The notes under the pieces were generated by a model. That model was not told where the DNA came from and searched no databases. It saw only the letters and a list, made by a program, of their open reading frames with translations. The position numbers and the translations under genes were made by a program. A DNA stretch of 64,000 nucleotides. Origin: Malacoraja senta (taxonomy: Eukaryota). The stretch covers positions 2,976,001 through 3,040,000 of the forward strand of contig CM075989.1 of assembly GCA_038087875.1 (NCBI GenBank), given 5' to 3'. Below are positions 35,638 to 48,861 of this stretch, one piece after another; positions within the stretch are counted from its first letter, which is position 1; each line of letters begins with the position of its first letter.

Positions 35638-36182
35638 TTTAGTTTAGTTTTGTTTAGAGATACAGCATGGAAACAGGCCCTTCGGCCCACCGTGTCCACA
35701 TGGACCAGCGATCCCCGCATGTGAACTCTATCCCACACACACTAGGGACAATTTTACACATACACCAAGCCAATTAACCTACAAACCTGTACGTCTTTGG
35801 AGTGTGGGAGGAAACCAAAGTTTGTGAGTCTGTGGAATTCTCTGCCTCAGAAGGCGCTGGAGGCCGGTTCTCTGGATACTTCCAAGAGAGAGCTAGATAG
35901 GGCTCTTAAAAATAGCGGAGTCAGGGGATATGGGGAGAAGGCAGGAACGGGGTACTGATTGGGGATGATCAGCCATGATCACATTGAATGGCGGTGCTGG
36001 CTTGAAGGGCTGAATGGCCTACTCCTGCACCTATTGCCTATTGTCTATTGTCAAAGATCTCAGAAAACACCCATGCAGGTCACAGCGAGAATGTTTCCAA
36101 CTCCGTACCGACAGCACCCGTAGTCAGGATCGATCCAGGGTCTCTGGCGCTGTAAGGCAGCAACTCTACTGCTGCGCTACCG
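35638..36182 (-). mobile_element. V-SINE with nested plus-strand CR1 3' end (35821-36051)
   Basis: CAAAG duplicated around the CR1. Confidence 0.88.
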
Positions 36183-37440
36183 TTGATGCCCTAAGATGAT
36201 CTCTGGATCACACATCCAGGGTTCGGGACTTGAGTTTAACACTTCAATTATCATGGTAGGGTTCTTCAGGAAAAGAGAGCTGTAACTTTCCCTATCCTGG
36301 TTTTTATGCAACAGATCATTAGTATGGAGACACTACTTCTGGCCTTGCCATTGAGCATAAACAAAGCCCAATGTCGGTAATGGGGTGGAGGTGAATCGGC
36401 AAGTACCCCCAGCTTGTGGAAGCCTGATGAATTAGGGAGAGAAGCTGCTTCCGAGTCTGATGGTGCAGCTTTCTGTACCTTCTGCTGGACGGCAGCAGGG
36501 ACAAGATGTGGATGAAACAGCGAAACAATATAGGAACAGTCTGAAAAGAAGTTGAGCCTTTTTCAAGTGTTAAAGAAAGAAGTGCAGATGCCGGAAAAAT
36601 CAAAGGTAGACAAAAATGCTGGAGAAACTCAGCGGGTGAGGCGGCATTTGATGCTGCCTCACCCGCTGAGTTTCTCCAGCATTTTCAGTCTACCTGAGCC
36701 TTACTCAACTCCTCTCCATAAGTCTGCGTCGGCTCTCTCTATAGCTTCATTTATTGATTCCTCACTTCCAGCTCCACAGACCGTGAGCAATCAATGACTT
36801 TAAAAAACGGCAGAAATCATCAGGTCGACACACAAACTGTGGAGCTGTATAACACTGCTACAGATTCCAGACAATATTGCAATACTGCATCTTGGTCACT
36901 GATGTTTTAATTGCCTTTGCTCCATCAGAACGAGCATCGGGAAATCGTGCTGGATATGGGGCAGTGATGGTCACAAACGCTGACGGTTCGGATGGCATCA
37001 ATAAATCTGTCATGATTCATAGCATCAGTCGAGTCTCTCAACTTTGGATCTCTGCCTGGCCTCAACACTTGCCGACCAAAATGCCCGTTACGTGAAAGAA
37101 TACTAGTTTTGATGTGAGCTCAAGTGGAAGTTAAACAGGCTGGTGAACAGAAGTCACTGCCAGGAGACTATTGCTTCATACACTTTAGTGATGCCTTTGA
37201 AACAGTGCTGAGAGGTTTGATTGATTGGACCCATTTGATAAATGGAATGATTATATTTCCACAGTCGTACTGAGGAAGAGCCACAATTAACAGCTGAACA
37301 TCAATAATGGCAACTTAACTAAATCAATTTAAGAAGCTTTCTTTCCCCTGGTTTCTCTCTCCTGATTGTTGTCTATGGCCCTGCCTCTCTCATGTACCTT
37401 AGCTCCATGCCAACATTACACCTGCAGCGAAACGTCGTCA

Positions 37441-37693
37441 TGTGCAGGAGAGAGCTGCAGATGCTGGACTGGTTAATACTGAAGATAGACAGACAAAGCT
37501 GGAGTAACTGAACGGGTCAGGCTGCATCTTTGGAGAAAAGGAATAGGTGACATTTCAGGTCGAGACCCTTCTTCAGACTGAAAGTCAGGGGAGAGGGAAG
37601 CATTCTCCAGAGATGCTGCCTGACCCATTGAGTTACTCCAGCATTTTGTGTCTATCTTCGGTGTAAACCAGCATCTGCAGTTCCTTCCGACAC
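37441..37693. mobile_element. Penelope-derived fold-back element with hammerhead core (37549-37576, minus strand)
   Basis: About 90-bp imperfect inverted arms; CUGAAGA-A-GGGUCUCGACCU-GAAAU-GUC. Confidence 0.8.
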
Positions 37694-37744
37694 AAGATCA
37701 TGACATTGTAATTTACAAGGCTTTTTTTTTTTTTTTTTTTAGAT

Positions 37745-38080
37745 ATTAGATAGCCCTTTATTGTCATTCAGACCGAAGTCTGAACGAAATTGCAACAGTC
37801 GTACATAAAACAACAATAAACACATATTAACATCCACCACAGTGAGTCCACCCAACATCTCCTCACTGTGATGGAGGCAAAAGTCTTAGGTCTGCAGTCT
37901 CTTCCCTCCTCTTCTCCCCCTGCGCTGAGGCGATACCCCCCGGGCGATGTTTCCCGCGGCTCAAACACCGCGGCCCGGGGTGGTCGAAGCTGCCGCCCAC
38001 CAGTCCTGCAGACCGAACCACCGCCAGAACACCGTCCCAGCCACCCTCACGTGAGTACCGTGCCGTCTTCAGCCCCGACA
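37745..38080 (-). mobile_element. Non-autonomous retroposon 3' part (relative of 3445-4200)
   Basis: Shares GCCTCCATCACAGTGAGGA...CACTGTGGTGGATGTT; ends TGACAATAAA. Confidence 0.65.
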
Positions 38081-38832
38081 TTTGTCTCTCTTTGGTGGAA
38101 CATCATGATGTCCGTTAGCAAGGAAACAAATCTCTTGCTTCATTGAGTCAACACCAACCATCAGACACACAACGACACTAATCCTATTCCAATCCCATAT
38201 TATTCTCCCCGCACTGGGCACCACCGTGGCACAGCTGGCCGAGCTGCTGCCTCACAGTGCCAGGGACCTGGGTTCAATCCTGACCTCGGGTGCTGTCTCT
38301 GTGGAGTTTGCATGTTCTGCCTATAACTGCATGGGTTTCCTCCTGATGCTCTGGTTTCCTCCCGCACCCCAAAGACTTGTGGGTTTGCGGATTAATTGGG
38401 CTCTGTAAATTATCCCTAATGCGTAGGGGAATCGATGAAAAATTGGCATAACTTAGAACTGATGTAAACGGGTAACCGATGGCTGGGGATAGACATTAAA
38501 AAACTGGAGTAACTCAGCGGGACAGGCAGCATCTCTGGAGAGAAGGAATGGGTTATGTTTCGGGTCGAGACCCTGCTTCGAAGGCTGGCGTTGACTCGGT
38601 GGGCGGAAGGGACCGATTCCATTTTCTACTCTAAACTAAACACATCCCCATCTACAAGATTCTATAGCATGCCTCTACAGAGGCCCATTAACCTATGAAC
38701 CCACACCTTTTATTGGGATGTGGGAGGAAACCGGGAGCACCCGGAGAAAACCCACGCTGTCACGAGGAGAGCATGCAAACTCCACACTGAGAACACCATA
38801 GGTCAGGATGCTGAAACTGTCAGGCAGCAGCT

Positions 38833-39177
38833 CATAGAGTCACACAGTGTGGAAACAGGCCCTTCGGTCCAACTTGCCCATGCTGACCAACATGTCCCAT
38901 CTACACTAGCCTGCGTTTGGCCCATATCCCTCTAACCCTGTCTTATCCATGTACCTGTCTAACTGTTTCTTAAATGTTGGGATATGTTTTCTCCTCAGTT
39001 ACCTCCTCGGGCAGCTCGTTCCATACACCCACCACCCTTTGTGTGAAAATGTTACCCCTCAGATTCCTATTAAATCTTTCCCCCTTTACCTTAAACCTAT
39101 GTCCCCTGGTGCTCGATTCCCCTACTCTGGGGAGACTCTGTGCATCTCCCTGATCTATTCCTCTCATGATTTTGTAC
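38833..39177 (-). mobile_element. CR1 3' fragment
   Basis: PRVGESSTRGHRFKVKGERF...TQRVVGVWNELP. Confidence 0.88.
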
Positions 39178-39824
39178 GATTTTATAGCTGTTCCAGATGT
39201 GACAGTCTGCCCCTCTGTGCAACAGTATGATTGTCAAGCTCAGAGCTGAAGTCAGCCATGCCCACCAACCCATGCCCCCTCTCCTGCTAGGGATCTCTGA
39301 TGGCATTCAGGAACAGTAATTGCCTGTATTTCACCATGCTTATTAACCTGATGGACCAGAGTAATTGTTTCACTGCTCAGGCTGTGATCAGTCAATCAGT
39401 CAAAGCCAGGAACGAGCTTTATCTACGGCAGGGATGTTCACCATAGCCTTGGAACGTTGAGTAATTGCTTTGAACAACAACCTATAAAGCAAAGATTGTC
39501 CAGTGCCCAAACTAATGAAATACACTGCAGACAGAAGCAGACATTAGGTTCTGGGCCTCAGACCTCCCGCCTGTAACCTTTCCCATCATACCGAAACATT
39601 AACACTGCCCCCTCTCCACTAATAGTGTCACAGAGTCTTCCAGCGTGGAAACAGACCCTTGGGCCCAACTTGCCCACACCGGCCAACATGTTCCATCTAC
39701 ACTAGTCCCACTTGCCTGCATTTGACCCATTTCCCTCTAAACCAGTCCCATCCATGTACCCATCTAACTGTTTCCTAAACACTGCGAATCCAAGTGTTAA
39801 AAAAATCCATCCTTGAATTACTTA

Positions 39825-40066
39825 AGGGCCTGTCCCACTTGGGCGTCATTTGCGCGTCACGCAGGTGGCGAGCGAAGATTTCGTGCATCCCAAAATCCTG
39901 GGGTACCGCGCGCGACCGCGTGTCATTGCCTACGCCACCACGTCTCACCACGCGCCATGCGCGCGTAATGAACGCCATGCGCCTGTCACGCACGCGTCGT
40001 GCATCGTGACCCGTAAATGATGTCGCGTAAATGACGCGCAAATAGTGCCCAAATGGGACAGGCCCT
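39825..40066. mobile_element. PIF/Harbinger-like MITE
   Basis: AGGGCCTGTCCCA...TGGGACAGGCCCT with perfect TTA TSD. Confidence 0.88.
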
Positions 40067-40160
40067 TTAGTCTTGATGGCAGAGCTGAAGTACTTGCTAC
40101 GTCTTCCAGCACTTGCTTCATTCAATGCTGCCTCCCACAGCTGCCAGTGCACATACAATC

Positions 40161-40475
40161 GGCACGGTGGCGTAGCGGCAGAGCTACTGCCTCACAGCGC
40201 CAGAGACCCGCGTTTGATCCTGAATACGGGTGCTGTCTGTACAGAGACTGTACGTTCTCCCCGTGACCTGCGTGGTTTTTCTCCGGGATCTCCGGTTTCC
40301 TTCCGCACCCCAACAATATACAGGTTTGTAGGTTAATTGGCTTTGGTACAAATATAAAATCATCCCCTGCATGTGTAGGACAGTGTTAATGTGTGGGGAT
40401 CGCTGGTCGGTGCGGGCTCAGTGGGCCAAAAGGCCTGTTTCCGCGTTGTATCTCCAAACTAAACTAAACTAAACT
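40161..40475 (+). mobile_element. V-SINE
   Basis: Near full length. Confidence 0.9.
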
Positions 40476-41689
40476 GGGCATGAAGCTGGAAGAGGTATGA
40501 TCTGATGATAGACACATAAAGCTGGAGTAACTCAGTTGGCTAGGAGTGACAATCTGAGGTGGGCCTCACAAGCCAGAGGCTGCCAGTTAGTGTGCTGCTC
40601 ATTTGGCAGCCTCTGTGTAAATAGGGTTTGACTGCAGCGCCACGATGCAGCACATTAATTCACTGCATGCCCGCAGCTCTGGCAAACTACGAGCAAAAAG
40701 GAAAAGCTGCTGAAAATCCGCCCGTCCACATCAATCAATCAGTCAGTGCGCGTCCAGGGACTAAATGAACTGAATTGATGGTCATAGCGACAATGCTAGT
40801 GCTCAATGAGATGCAGAGCTCACTCCACTCTGGCCCTACAATTAGATCAAAGGCAACTGCTCGAGTTAACCCTTAAAGAGCCTCCATTCAGTTTAGGCAC
40901 AAAGTGCTGAAGCAACTCAGCGGATCAAGCAGCATCTCTGGAGAAAAAGAGCAGGTGAGGTTTCGGGTCGGGACCCTTCTTATATATTCCTATATGGGAA
41001 GACATTAAACGTGATCAGCATGCCTTTGGAGTAATGAGAAAAGAAATGTTTAAAAGTACTGAAACTGCCCAACAGAACAGAGGAAGATGGGTGAGTAAAT
41101 GTTGAATTTACTGAGTTGAATACTATTGTATTGGTTGCACATATTTCATACTGGCAAGCTATGCGGTAACTGGCAAGTACGTGCATCGAGAAAACGTCAA
41201 GAGTAAGAGATAGACACAGAGTGCTTGAGTAACTCAGTGGTTCATGCAGCATCTCTGGAGAAAATTATAAGGTGACGTTTTTGCTCGGGACTCTGAAGCC
41301 TGGAGTCTAAAGAAGGGATTCGCCCCAAAACGCCAACTATTTTTTTTCTCCACAGATGATGCCCGACCTGTTGAATTGCTCCAGCACTTTGTGTCTGTCT
41401 TCGGTATAAACCAGCATCGGCAGTTCCTTCCTATCCACTCAATTAAAAAAAAAAAAATTCGAGGTGCAGTGTGGAAAGAGGTCCTTTGTCCCACGGAGTC
41501 CGCGCAGACCAATGATCACCCAAACACTAGTTCTATCCTGCACCCAAGGGACAACTTACCGAAGCCTATGAACCCACCAACCCGCACGTCTTTGGAATGT
41601 AGGAGGAAACCGGAGCACCCGGACAAAACCTCCAGGGAACGTAAAATCGGAGTCAGAGAATGCCCAACTCTTAATGATGTGAGAATTCT

Positions 41690-41865
41690 TTGTTGAGACC
41701 ATTAACTCGGTGAAAGAAACTCTTTGGTCGGTCCAAATGTTGTTGGCCTCCCAGCAGAGCGAGATGTCCGTCGGGGAATGCTGCCGACTGGCCCTCTCCA
41801 GACTGCAGGAGTACATGCTGAGGGACGCACTGAAGCTCGGTGCAGTCAACGCCAAGGCTCTGTGA
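41690..41865 (+). mobile_element. Tx1-clade LINE ORF2 C-terminal fragment
   Basis: INSVKETLWS...ECCRLALSRLQEYMLRDALKLGA-NAKAL. Confidence 0.7.
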
Positions 41866-41875
41866 TAGAGGACCA

Positions 41876-42916
41876 AAGTCAAGTCAAGTCAAGTCAAGTC
41901 ACATTTATTTATATAGCACATTTAAAAAACAACTCTCGTTGGCCAAAGTGCTTTACATTTGTTATAAGAATAGCACAACAAAACAAACTACATACATATA
42001 TACATGTAGCCCTCGCTCAGAGGACGTCAGGAAAGGCTTGGGAGTATAGATAAGTCTTTAGTCTTGACTTAAAAGAGTCGATGGAGGGGGCAGTTCTGAT
42101 GGGAAAGGGGATGCTGTTCCACAGTCTAGGGGCTGCAACCGCAAAGGCGCGGTCGCCCCTGAGCTTATGCCTAGACCGTGGGATATTCAGCAACCCCAAG
42201 TCGGCCGATCTGAGGGGCCTGGAGGTGGAGTGGTGGGTGAGAAGACTTTTTATGTAGGTGGGGGCAAGCCCATTGAGGGCTTTGTAGACATGGAGGAGGA
42301 TCTTGAAGTTTATACGGAACCGCACAGGGAGCCAGTGGAGAGAGGCCAGGATCGGGGTGATGTGGTCCCTTTTTCGGGTGCCCGGCAGGAGTCTCGCTGC
42401 GGCGTTTTGGACCAGTTGCAGGCGGGACAGGGAAGATTGGCTGATGCCAGTGTAAAGGGAGTTGCAGTAATCTAGGCAGGAGGAGATGAATGTGTGGATG
42501 ATCTGCAGTAATCTAGGCAGGAGGAGATGAATGTGTGGATGATCTTTTCGAGGTCATCAAAGTGGAGGTATTGTTTTATTTTAGCTATCGTCCGAAGCTG
42601 AAAGAAGCTAGCTTTTACCACGGCATTGACTTGTTTGTCAAATTTCAGTGCTGAGTCAAATATCACGCCAAGGTTTTTGATGTGAGGTTTGAGTAGTGGG
42701 GTAAGGCTTCCAAGGCTGCCTGCTATCATTTTGATTGAGTCCGAGGGGCCGAGAAGGATGACCTCAGACTTACTCTCGTAAGAAAGGCTTGGGAGTATAG
42801 ATAGGTTTTTAGTCTTGACTTAAAGGAGTGGATGGAGGGGGCAGTTCTGATGGGAAGGGGGATGCTGTTCCACAGTCTAGGAACTGCAACCGCAAAGGCG
42901 CGGTCGCCCCTGAGCT
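41876..42916 (-). mobile_element. L2-clade LINE 3' region with internal duplications
   Basis: KNLGVIFDS-LKFD...FRINFKILL-VYKALNGLAP-Y...GDRAFAVAAPRLWNS; (TTGAC)n tail; about 40-bp duplication at 42464-42544; partial second copy 42780-42916. Confidence 0.92.
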
Positions 42917-43084
42917 GAAAGTCTAGCGTTTTTCTGCTGCTGGACATTGGAGGGTAGAGTCCAGTGGAGACACTTTCACGAATGATCCCCGGAATGAGTG
43001 GGTTAATATAAAATGAGCATTTTGACAGCACTGGGTCCATGCTCGCTGGAGTTTAGAAGGATGGGGGGGGGGGGGGGGGTAGTC

Positions 43085-43491
43085 ATTGAAACTTACTGAA
43101 TAGTAAAGGGCCTGGATAGAATGGACGTAGAGAGTATGTTTCCACCAGTGGGAGAGCAAAGGACTAGAGGCCGTAGCCTTAGAATAAAAGGATGTACCTT
43201 TCAGAATGAGGGGAGGAGGACTTTCTTTAGTCAGAGAGTGGTGAATCTGTGGAATTCATTGCCACAGAAGGCTATGTACATTCTGCCAATGACATTCATG
43301 AGTTTTCTCTGGATGCTTCTGTTTCCTCCCACAAAGATGTACAGGTTTGTAGGTTAATTGGCTTTGGTAAAAATTGTCGCTAGTGTGTAGGATAGTGTTA
43401 GCGTGATGGGATCGCTGGTCAGCGCAGACTCTGTGGGCCGAAGGGCCAGCTTTCCCGTTGTATCTCTAAACTAATACCAAACTAAACTAAA
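43085..43491 (+). mobile_element. CR1 fragment followed by SINE 3' half
   Basis: FFSQRVVNLWNSLPQKA, then V-domain end and tail. Confidence 0.8.
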
Positions 43492-44097
43492 CAATTCTAT
43501 CCAGACCATCCACCCATTGATGGCGGGATTCCTCTGCTCCCTTTGTATTTCCTGATTGAGTTCTCTTTTCTTGGAGGAATCGCGGAGATTCCAGGGGAGG
43601 AACATCCTGCTCCTGGTTGAGCTGCACTGTCGACTGAGTGGTAAAACATTTCCCAGCTTTCGCCCCTCTACTACAATCAGTCTGAAGAAGGGTCACCTAT
43701 CCAGGTTCACCTGAAGCATCACCTATCCAGGTTCTCCGGAGATGCTGCCTGACCCGCTGAGTTACTCCAGCACTTTAGACGTTGTCGGTCAACAGAATGA
43801 TGGGTGGGACCACTGTACACTGAAAGAATGGTCTCAAGTTCAAATTCAAGTTCATTTGTCACTTGCTCCAATTGGTACAGTGAAATGATTTTGGGTCTGT
43901 AACCCAACTATACCACAGCTCAGGAATGGAAGTTGGTGGAGAATGCAGACACCTTGTGCCTCTTGTGCTGACCAATAAGATCATCTTGACCCAAACGTCA
44001 CCTAAACCTTTTCTCCGGAGATGTTAACTAACCCACTGAGTTGCTCCAGCTTTCTGTGTCCATCTTTAGATCAAACCTCTTCCAGCTTCATGCCCGG

Positions 44098-44510
44098 TTT
44101 AGTTTTATTTAGTTCCGAGATACAACGCGGAAACAGGCCCATCGGCCAACCGAGTCCACACCGAGCAGCAATTCCCACACACTAATGCCCCTGTCCCACT
44201 TAGGAAACCTGAACAGAAACCTCTGGGGATTTTGCACCCCACCCAAGGTTTCCGGGCGGTTCCCGGAGGTTTTTGTCAGTCTCCCTAATGGTCGAAAGTG
44301 GTTTCCGCTTCTTCTATGTTCCGGCGATTATTTCCGTGCACTATGTTCCCTGCGGAACCGCACGGAATCCTTGGGTGGGGCGCAAAGTCTCCAGAGTTTT
44401 TCCGTTAAGGTTTCCTAAGTGGGACAGGGGCATAACACTGCACTACATACACTAGGGACAATTTTACATTTACACCAAGCCAATTAACCTCTAAAGCTTA
44501 CGTCTTTGGG
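44098..44510 (-). mobile_element. V-SINE 3' half carrying a MITE
   Basis: SINE is continuous across the insertion. Confidence 0.85.
44186..44432. mobile_element. PIF/Harbinger-like MITE
   Basis: Perfect 25-bp TIR TGCCCCTGTCCCACTTAGGAAACCT; perfect TAA TSD. Confidence 0.9.
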
Positions 44511-45019
44511 AGTTATTCATTTCATTGATCATCGATTTACTTAAAGACTGAACATTCACAGTCTAAGTGAAGAAATAAAACCATCCCGTGGCGAATTGTC
44601 TGTCAGAAGGGCTATCCTCGTTTCCCAAGATTATGTTTCCACTATTCTTCAGTCTCCACCCCGAGGTGAGTATCAGCATCAACACTATCAACCCACTTCA
44701 GAACCGTATGTGAGTTGAGGAAGATCATCTCTCATTCATCTAAACTCCAATAAGCACAAGCCCATCAGACTCCGCCAGGAACCCAAACATGCCACTACAT
44801 TGCTTGCAGGCAGAGACACCCAGGTAAGCAAATGTTTAGCAAAGAACTCTGAAGCGAGCGGCAGCCTTTCATAAAGCACGGAAACAACTGATTGAAGCTG
44901 GCATGTGCACTCCTTGCAGCAACACTAGCATGTAAACACTGACAACGCTGGGAGGGAGAGCACAGCTGACTGGAGTCAATCCCACCGCCTTCAGTCTCCG
45001 ACTCCAACACTGACTCCAA

Positions 45020-45421
45020 CACCCACCATCGAGGGGATCTATCGCAGTCGCTGCCTCAAAAAGGCTGGCAGCATCATCAAGGACCCACACCATCCTGGCC
45101 ACACACTCATCTCTCCGCTGCCATCAGGTAGAAGGTACAGGAGCCTGAAATCTGCAACATCCAGGTTCAGGAACAGCTTCTTCCCCACAGCCATCAGAGT
45201 ATTAAACACAACTTCAAACAAACTCTGAACTATAACAGCCTATTGCACTTTATCTGTTTATTTATGTGTGTATATATATATTCTATGGTATATGGACACA
45301 CTGATCTGATCTGTATTTATGCCTGCAATATTCTGTTGTGCTGCAGCAAGCAGGAATCTCATTGTCCTATCTGGGACACATGACAATAAATTCTTTTGAC
45401 TCTTGACTTGACTTGACTTGA
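45020..45421 (+). mobile_element. Rex1/Babar-like LINE 3' end
   Basis: IYRSRCLKKAGSIIKDPHHPGH...RFRNSFFP; TGACAATAAA-(CTTGA)n tail. Confidence 0.85.
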
Positions 45422-46557
45422 TGGAGCAGTGCATTCCCATAACGCCGGCAACTGCTCCACTTGCGACCGTGTTGATCTTCAGATGTGAAGTTCAGTGCCC
45501 ATATGTTGCCACGCTGTACGTTTAGCACATACAGCAGAGGACACATTTGCCTCCGGCTTTTTGTGTTTCCATACTGGTGCTTGCAGGCACTGCGAGACTG
45601 CTGGTTGCGAGCTGCTGCTTTGTTTGATGACATTGGCAAGCTGCTTTTCCAATCTCTCCTTCACTGTGGAGAAAGGTATGTTACAAAGTGGGATCCAACA
45701 AAGTTCTTCAAACAATACAGACATGACTTCTTGTTGCTGTCTGGCATTGTGCAAGTCAGTGAGTGAAGTGAGAAAAAGACACTCGACTTGGAGAGGTGTG
45801 GAGTGTTGAACCACACTCTCACACTGAAGTAGCTCGTAGTGCTGCCGCCTCGCAGTGACAGAGACCCAGGTTCGATCCTGACCTTGGGTTCTGTGTGGAG
45901 TTTGCACGTTCTCTTTGTGACCTTCGTGGGTTCCTTCCGGGTGCTCCAGTTTCCTCCCACACCACAAAGGCATGGGTGTTTGTTGGTTAATAGGTCTTTG
46001 TGTGTAGGGAGTGGATGGGAAAGTGGGATAATCTGTAGAAGGGTTCCGACCCGAAAAGTCACTTTCGTATTTGTTTTCTAGGTCTGCACAAAACGTGAGA
46101 GTCTTTAGTCTACAACAGAAGTCTTTAATGTTTCACTCAATGCTGGCAGCAAGACTAGTCACGATGGCTGCCCGCATACAGTCTGCCGACAGGATCAACT
46201 ATATACAAGACATCTCCCTTTGTCCTGTGCAGCGCCACCTGCTGCACAGGAGGAGCAACGGGTCCTCCCACCCCACACAGTCCACCAAACATCACAGTCG
46301 CCTATTCTTTTTGCCCAGTGATACTGCCTGACCCGCTGAATTACTCCAGCATTTTGTCTATCTTGGTTGTAAACCACCATCAGTATTTCTTTCCTCCCCG
46401 GTAGAACCAGTGTCAACGGGCGATCGTTGGTCAGTGTGACTGCCATGAGGGTGGGGGGAGAACAAAGGACAATGGGTACCCAGTGTGGGGAACCACTGTT
46501 GGGGGGGGGGAGAGAACAAAGGGAAGAGCCAACATGATTTGTAACTTTGTCAGCACT

Positions 46558-46919
46558 GATTTTTACCGTTATTATACAAATATTTTTATTCAAAAAATAA
46601 AAATAAACATTCAAATTAACACAATCAAAGACTGCCTATATTGACAGTTTTACAAACAAAAGATCATCAAATTAATATAACGCCAACTTTATCAACAGAA
46701 CACTCGACCTCCAAAGTGTTCACGGAAGACCTCCAAAGTTCCCGTGGACACCAAGTGTTCCCTCTCCAGGGACACGCGGGCACGGACGTAGGCCCGGAAA
46801 AGGGGCAGGCAGTCAGTCCTGGTGCGGCCGTCGACTGCCCGCTGCCTGGACCCACGAATGACCCTTCTTGGCCAGGCCCAGGAGCAGACGGACAGGGAGA
46901 CCCCTCCCCTCCATCCCAT
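46558..46919 (-). mobile_element. Tx1-clade LINE 3' fragment nested in a non-autonomous element
   Basis: LLLGLAK...DCLPLFRAYVRARVSLEREH-VSTGTLE-FR; AGCAC on both flanks. Confidence 0.7.
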
Positions 46920-47375
46920 AGCACCGTAGGTGCCCGCTAATTTGTATACGTTGGGTAAGCAACCATAGAATCTCACTGTGCCTTGTCACATGTGACAATA
47001 AAGTACTCCAATCAGTAGGCCGCAGGCCTGTTTCCAAACTGTATCTTACAATCTATCGGAAAACCATGCCCTGTTTGTCTCATGTCCAATATGCCTGGGA
47101 GGGGAACCCCACAATGAAACTTCTGAACCCAGATCAGTTGGTGCATATTCTCTGTTGTTATGTGTCTTCATGTCCTTCAAGTGGGAAAGTAGCCTTGAGA
47201 TGTTGTTATCTTAAGAACAGATATGATGTCAAACATATGCCCTGGCAGCCAGCTTTCCTGTTATCAGTAATTGAATGTGCATCATGTTGCTAGGGTGTGA
47301 TGGAAAGATTTGCAGTGTGAAATCCCATTAGGATTTCAGACCTGATAACAATTTCAGCTCGAAGTGAGGAGAGAG

Positions 47376-47495
47376 CTTGCATGTATGTACTACCTTGCAT
47401 TACCTCAGGATGTCCCAAAGTGTTTCACAGTCAACAAAGTACTTTGAAGTCTAGGCAACGTTGGAATCTCAGAAAGACAGCAGTAAATTTAAATG
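47376..47495 (-). mobile_element. Ancient DeuSINE/L2-type 3' tail
   Basis: Minus strand ACTTCAAAGTACTT..TTGACTGTGAAACACTTTGGGACATCCTGAGG...ATGCAAG resembles the recalled AmnSINE1/SacSINE1 tail. Confidence 0.6.
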
Positions 47496-48421
47496 AAGCA
47501 ATATGTTAATGAGTATTTTGGATTCAGGCCCTTCGGCCCACCAAGTCAGCGCCAACCAGCCACCCCGTACACTAGCACTATCCTACACACTATGAACAAT
47601 TTACAATTTTTACCGAAGCCAATTAACCTCCTCTGGCAGCTTGTTCCAATATTAAACAGCCACAGTGTATAAGCTTATTCCACAGTTCACCTTCACATTT
47701 CTCCTCTTTCTTTAAACTATGCCCCCTAGTTGCAGACATACCTGATCAGGGGAAGAAGATTTTGACTATCTATCACCGCCGGAACGCCACCGCAGCCCCG
47801 AAGCCGGCCAGCCCCGCGCTGGTAAGTCCTGGCTCTGCCTCCGGAGCCCCGAGGTCGGTCGGTCGCAGTTGGAGTTGGAGGCCGGCAGCTCCGCCATTAG
47901 GCCTCGGCGCAGACGGAGGCAGAGAAGGGGGATACGACAAGAAAAAGTCGCATTCACCCGAAGGAAGAGACAAAAATCATGTTTCACCCCCCCACCCCAC
48001 ACATACACAACCCAATAAACTAAAATTTAAATAGTCCCTACTGTGTAGAATAGTGCCAGTGTATGGGGTGATGGCAGGAAAGCATGAACACTGGAATTGC
48101 ACTTTGCAGCAGCCTCAAAGAAGCAACTAATATGATCAATTAGTCACCTTCTCCTTCTGCTGTGGAAGATGGTACAGAGGTCATAAAACCTCCCAGTTCA
48201 AGAAGAGCTTCTTCCCAATCAGGCTCTTGAAAACTGCACAACACTAACCTCAGCAACTATGGACTGTGTTATTGATTGCACGAAGGACTTTAATTTTGCA
48301 CTATTATGATTACCTAATATTACTGTTCTTAATTTACTGTAGTATTGATTAATGTACATTTATTTGTGTGCTATTATGTTAATGGGCAAGTTAAGCCCCA
48401 CAAGTAAGAATATAGAAACAA

Positions 48422-48668
48422 GGGCGGTCACGGTGGCGCAATGATATGCCTTGCAGCGAATGCAGCGCCGGAGACTCAGGTTCGATCCTGACTACAGGTG
48501 CTGTCTGTACGGAGTTTGTACGTTCTCCCCGTGACCTGCGCGGGTTTTCTCCGAGATCTTCGTTTTTCCTCCCACACTCCAAAGACGTGCAGGTTTGTAG
48601 GTTAATTAGCTTTGGTAAATGTAAAAATTGTCCCTAGTGGGTGTAGGATAGTGTTAATGTGAGGGGAC
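48422..48668 (+). mobile_element. V-SINE, variant head
   Basis: Head and V-domain. Confidence 0.85.
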
Positions 48669-48861
48669 AATTAACGTACGAATCCACACATCTCTGGGAT
48701 GTGGGAGGAAACCAGAGCACCGGAAGGAAATGTGTAAACAGCACCCGAGGTCAGAATCAAACCTGGGTCACTGGCGCTGTGAGGCAGCAACTCTACCAGC
48801 TACGCTAATGAGGAGAAGGGAGACAGCTCAACGTAACACTAAATTACACTATCCATGGAGA

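Noticed and set aside
44641..44830. Two tiny AG...GT exon-like segments
   Set aside because: Only 13-14 nt with weak polypyrimidine tracts; expected by chance
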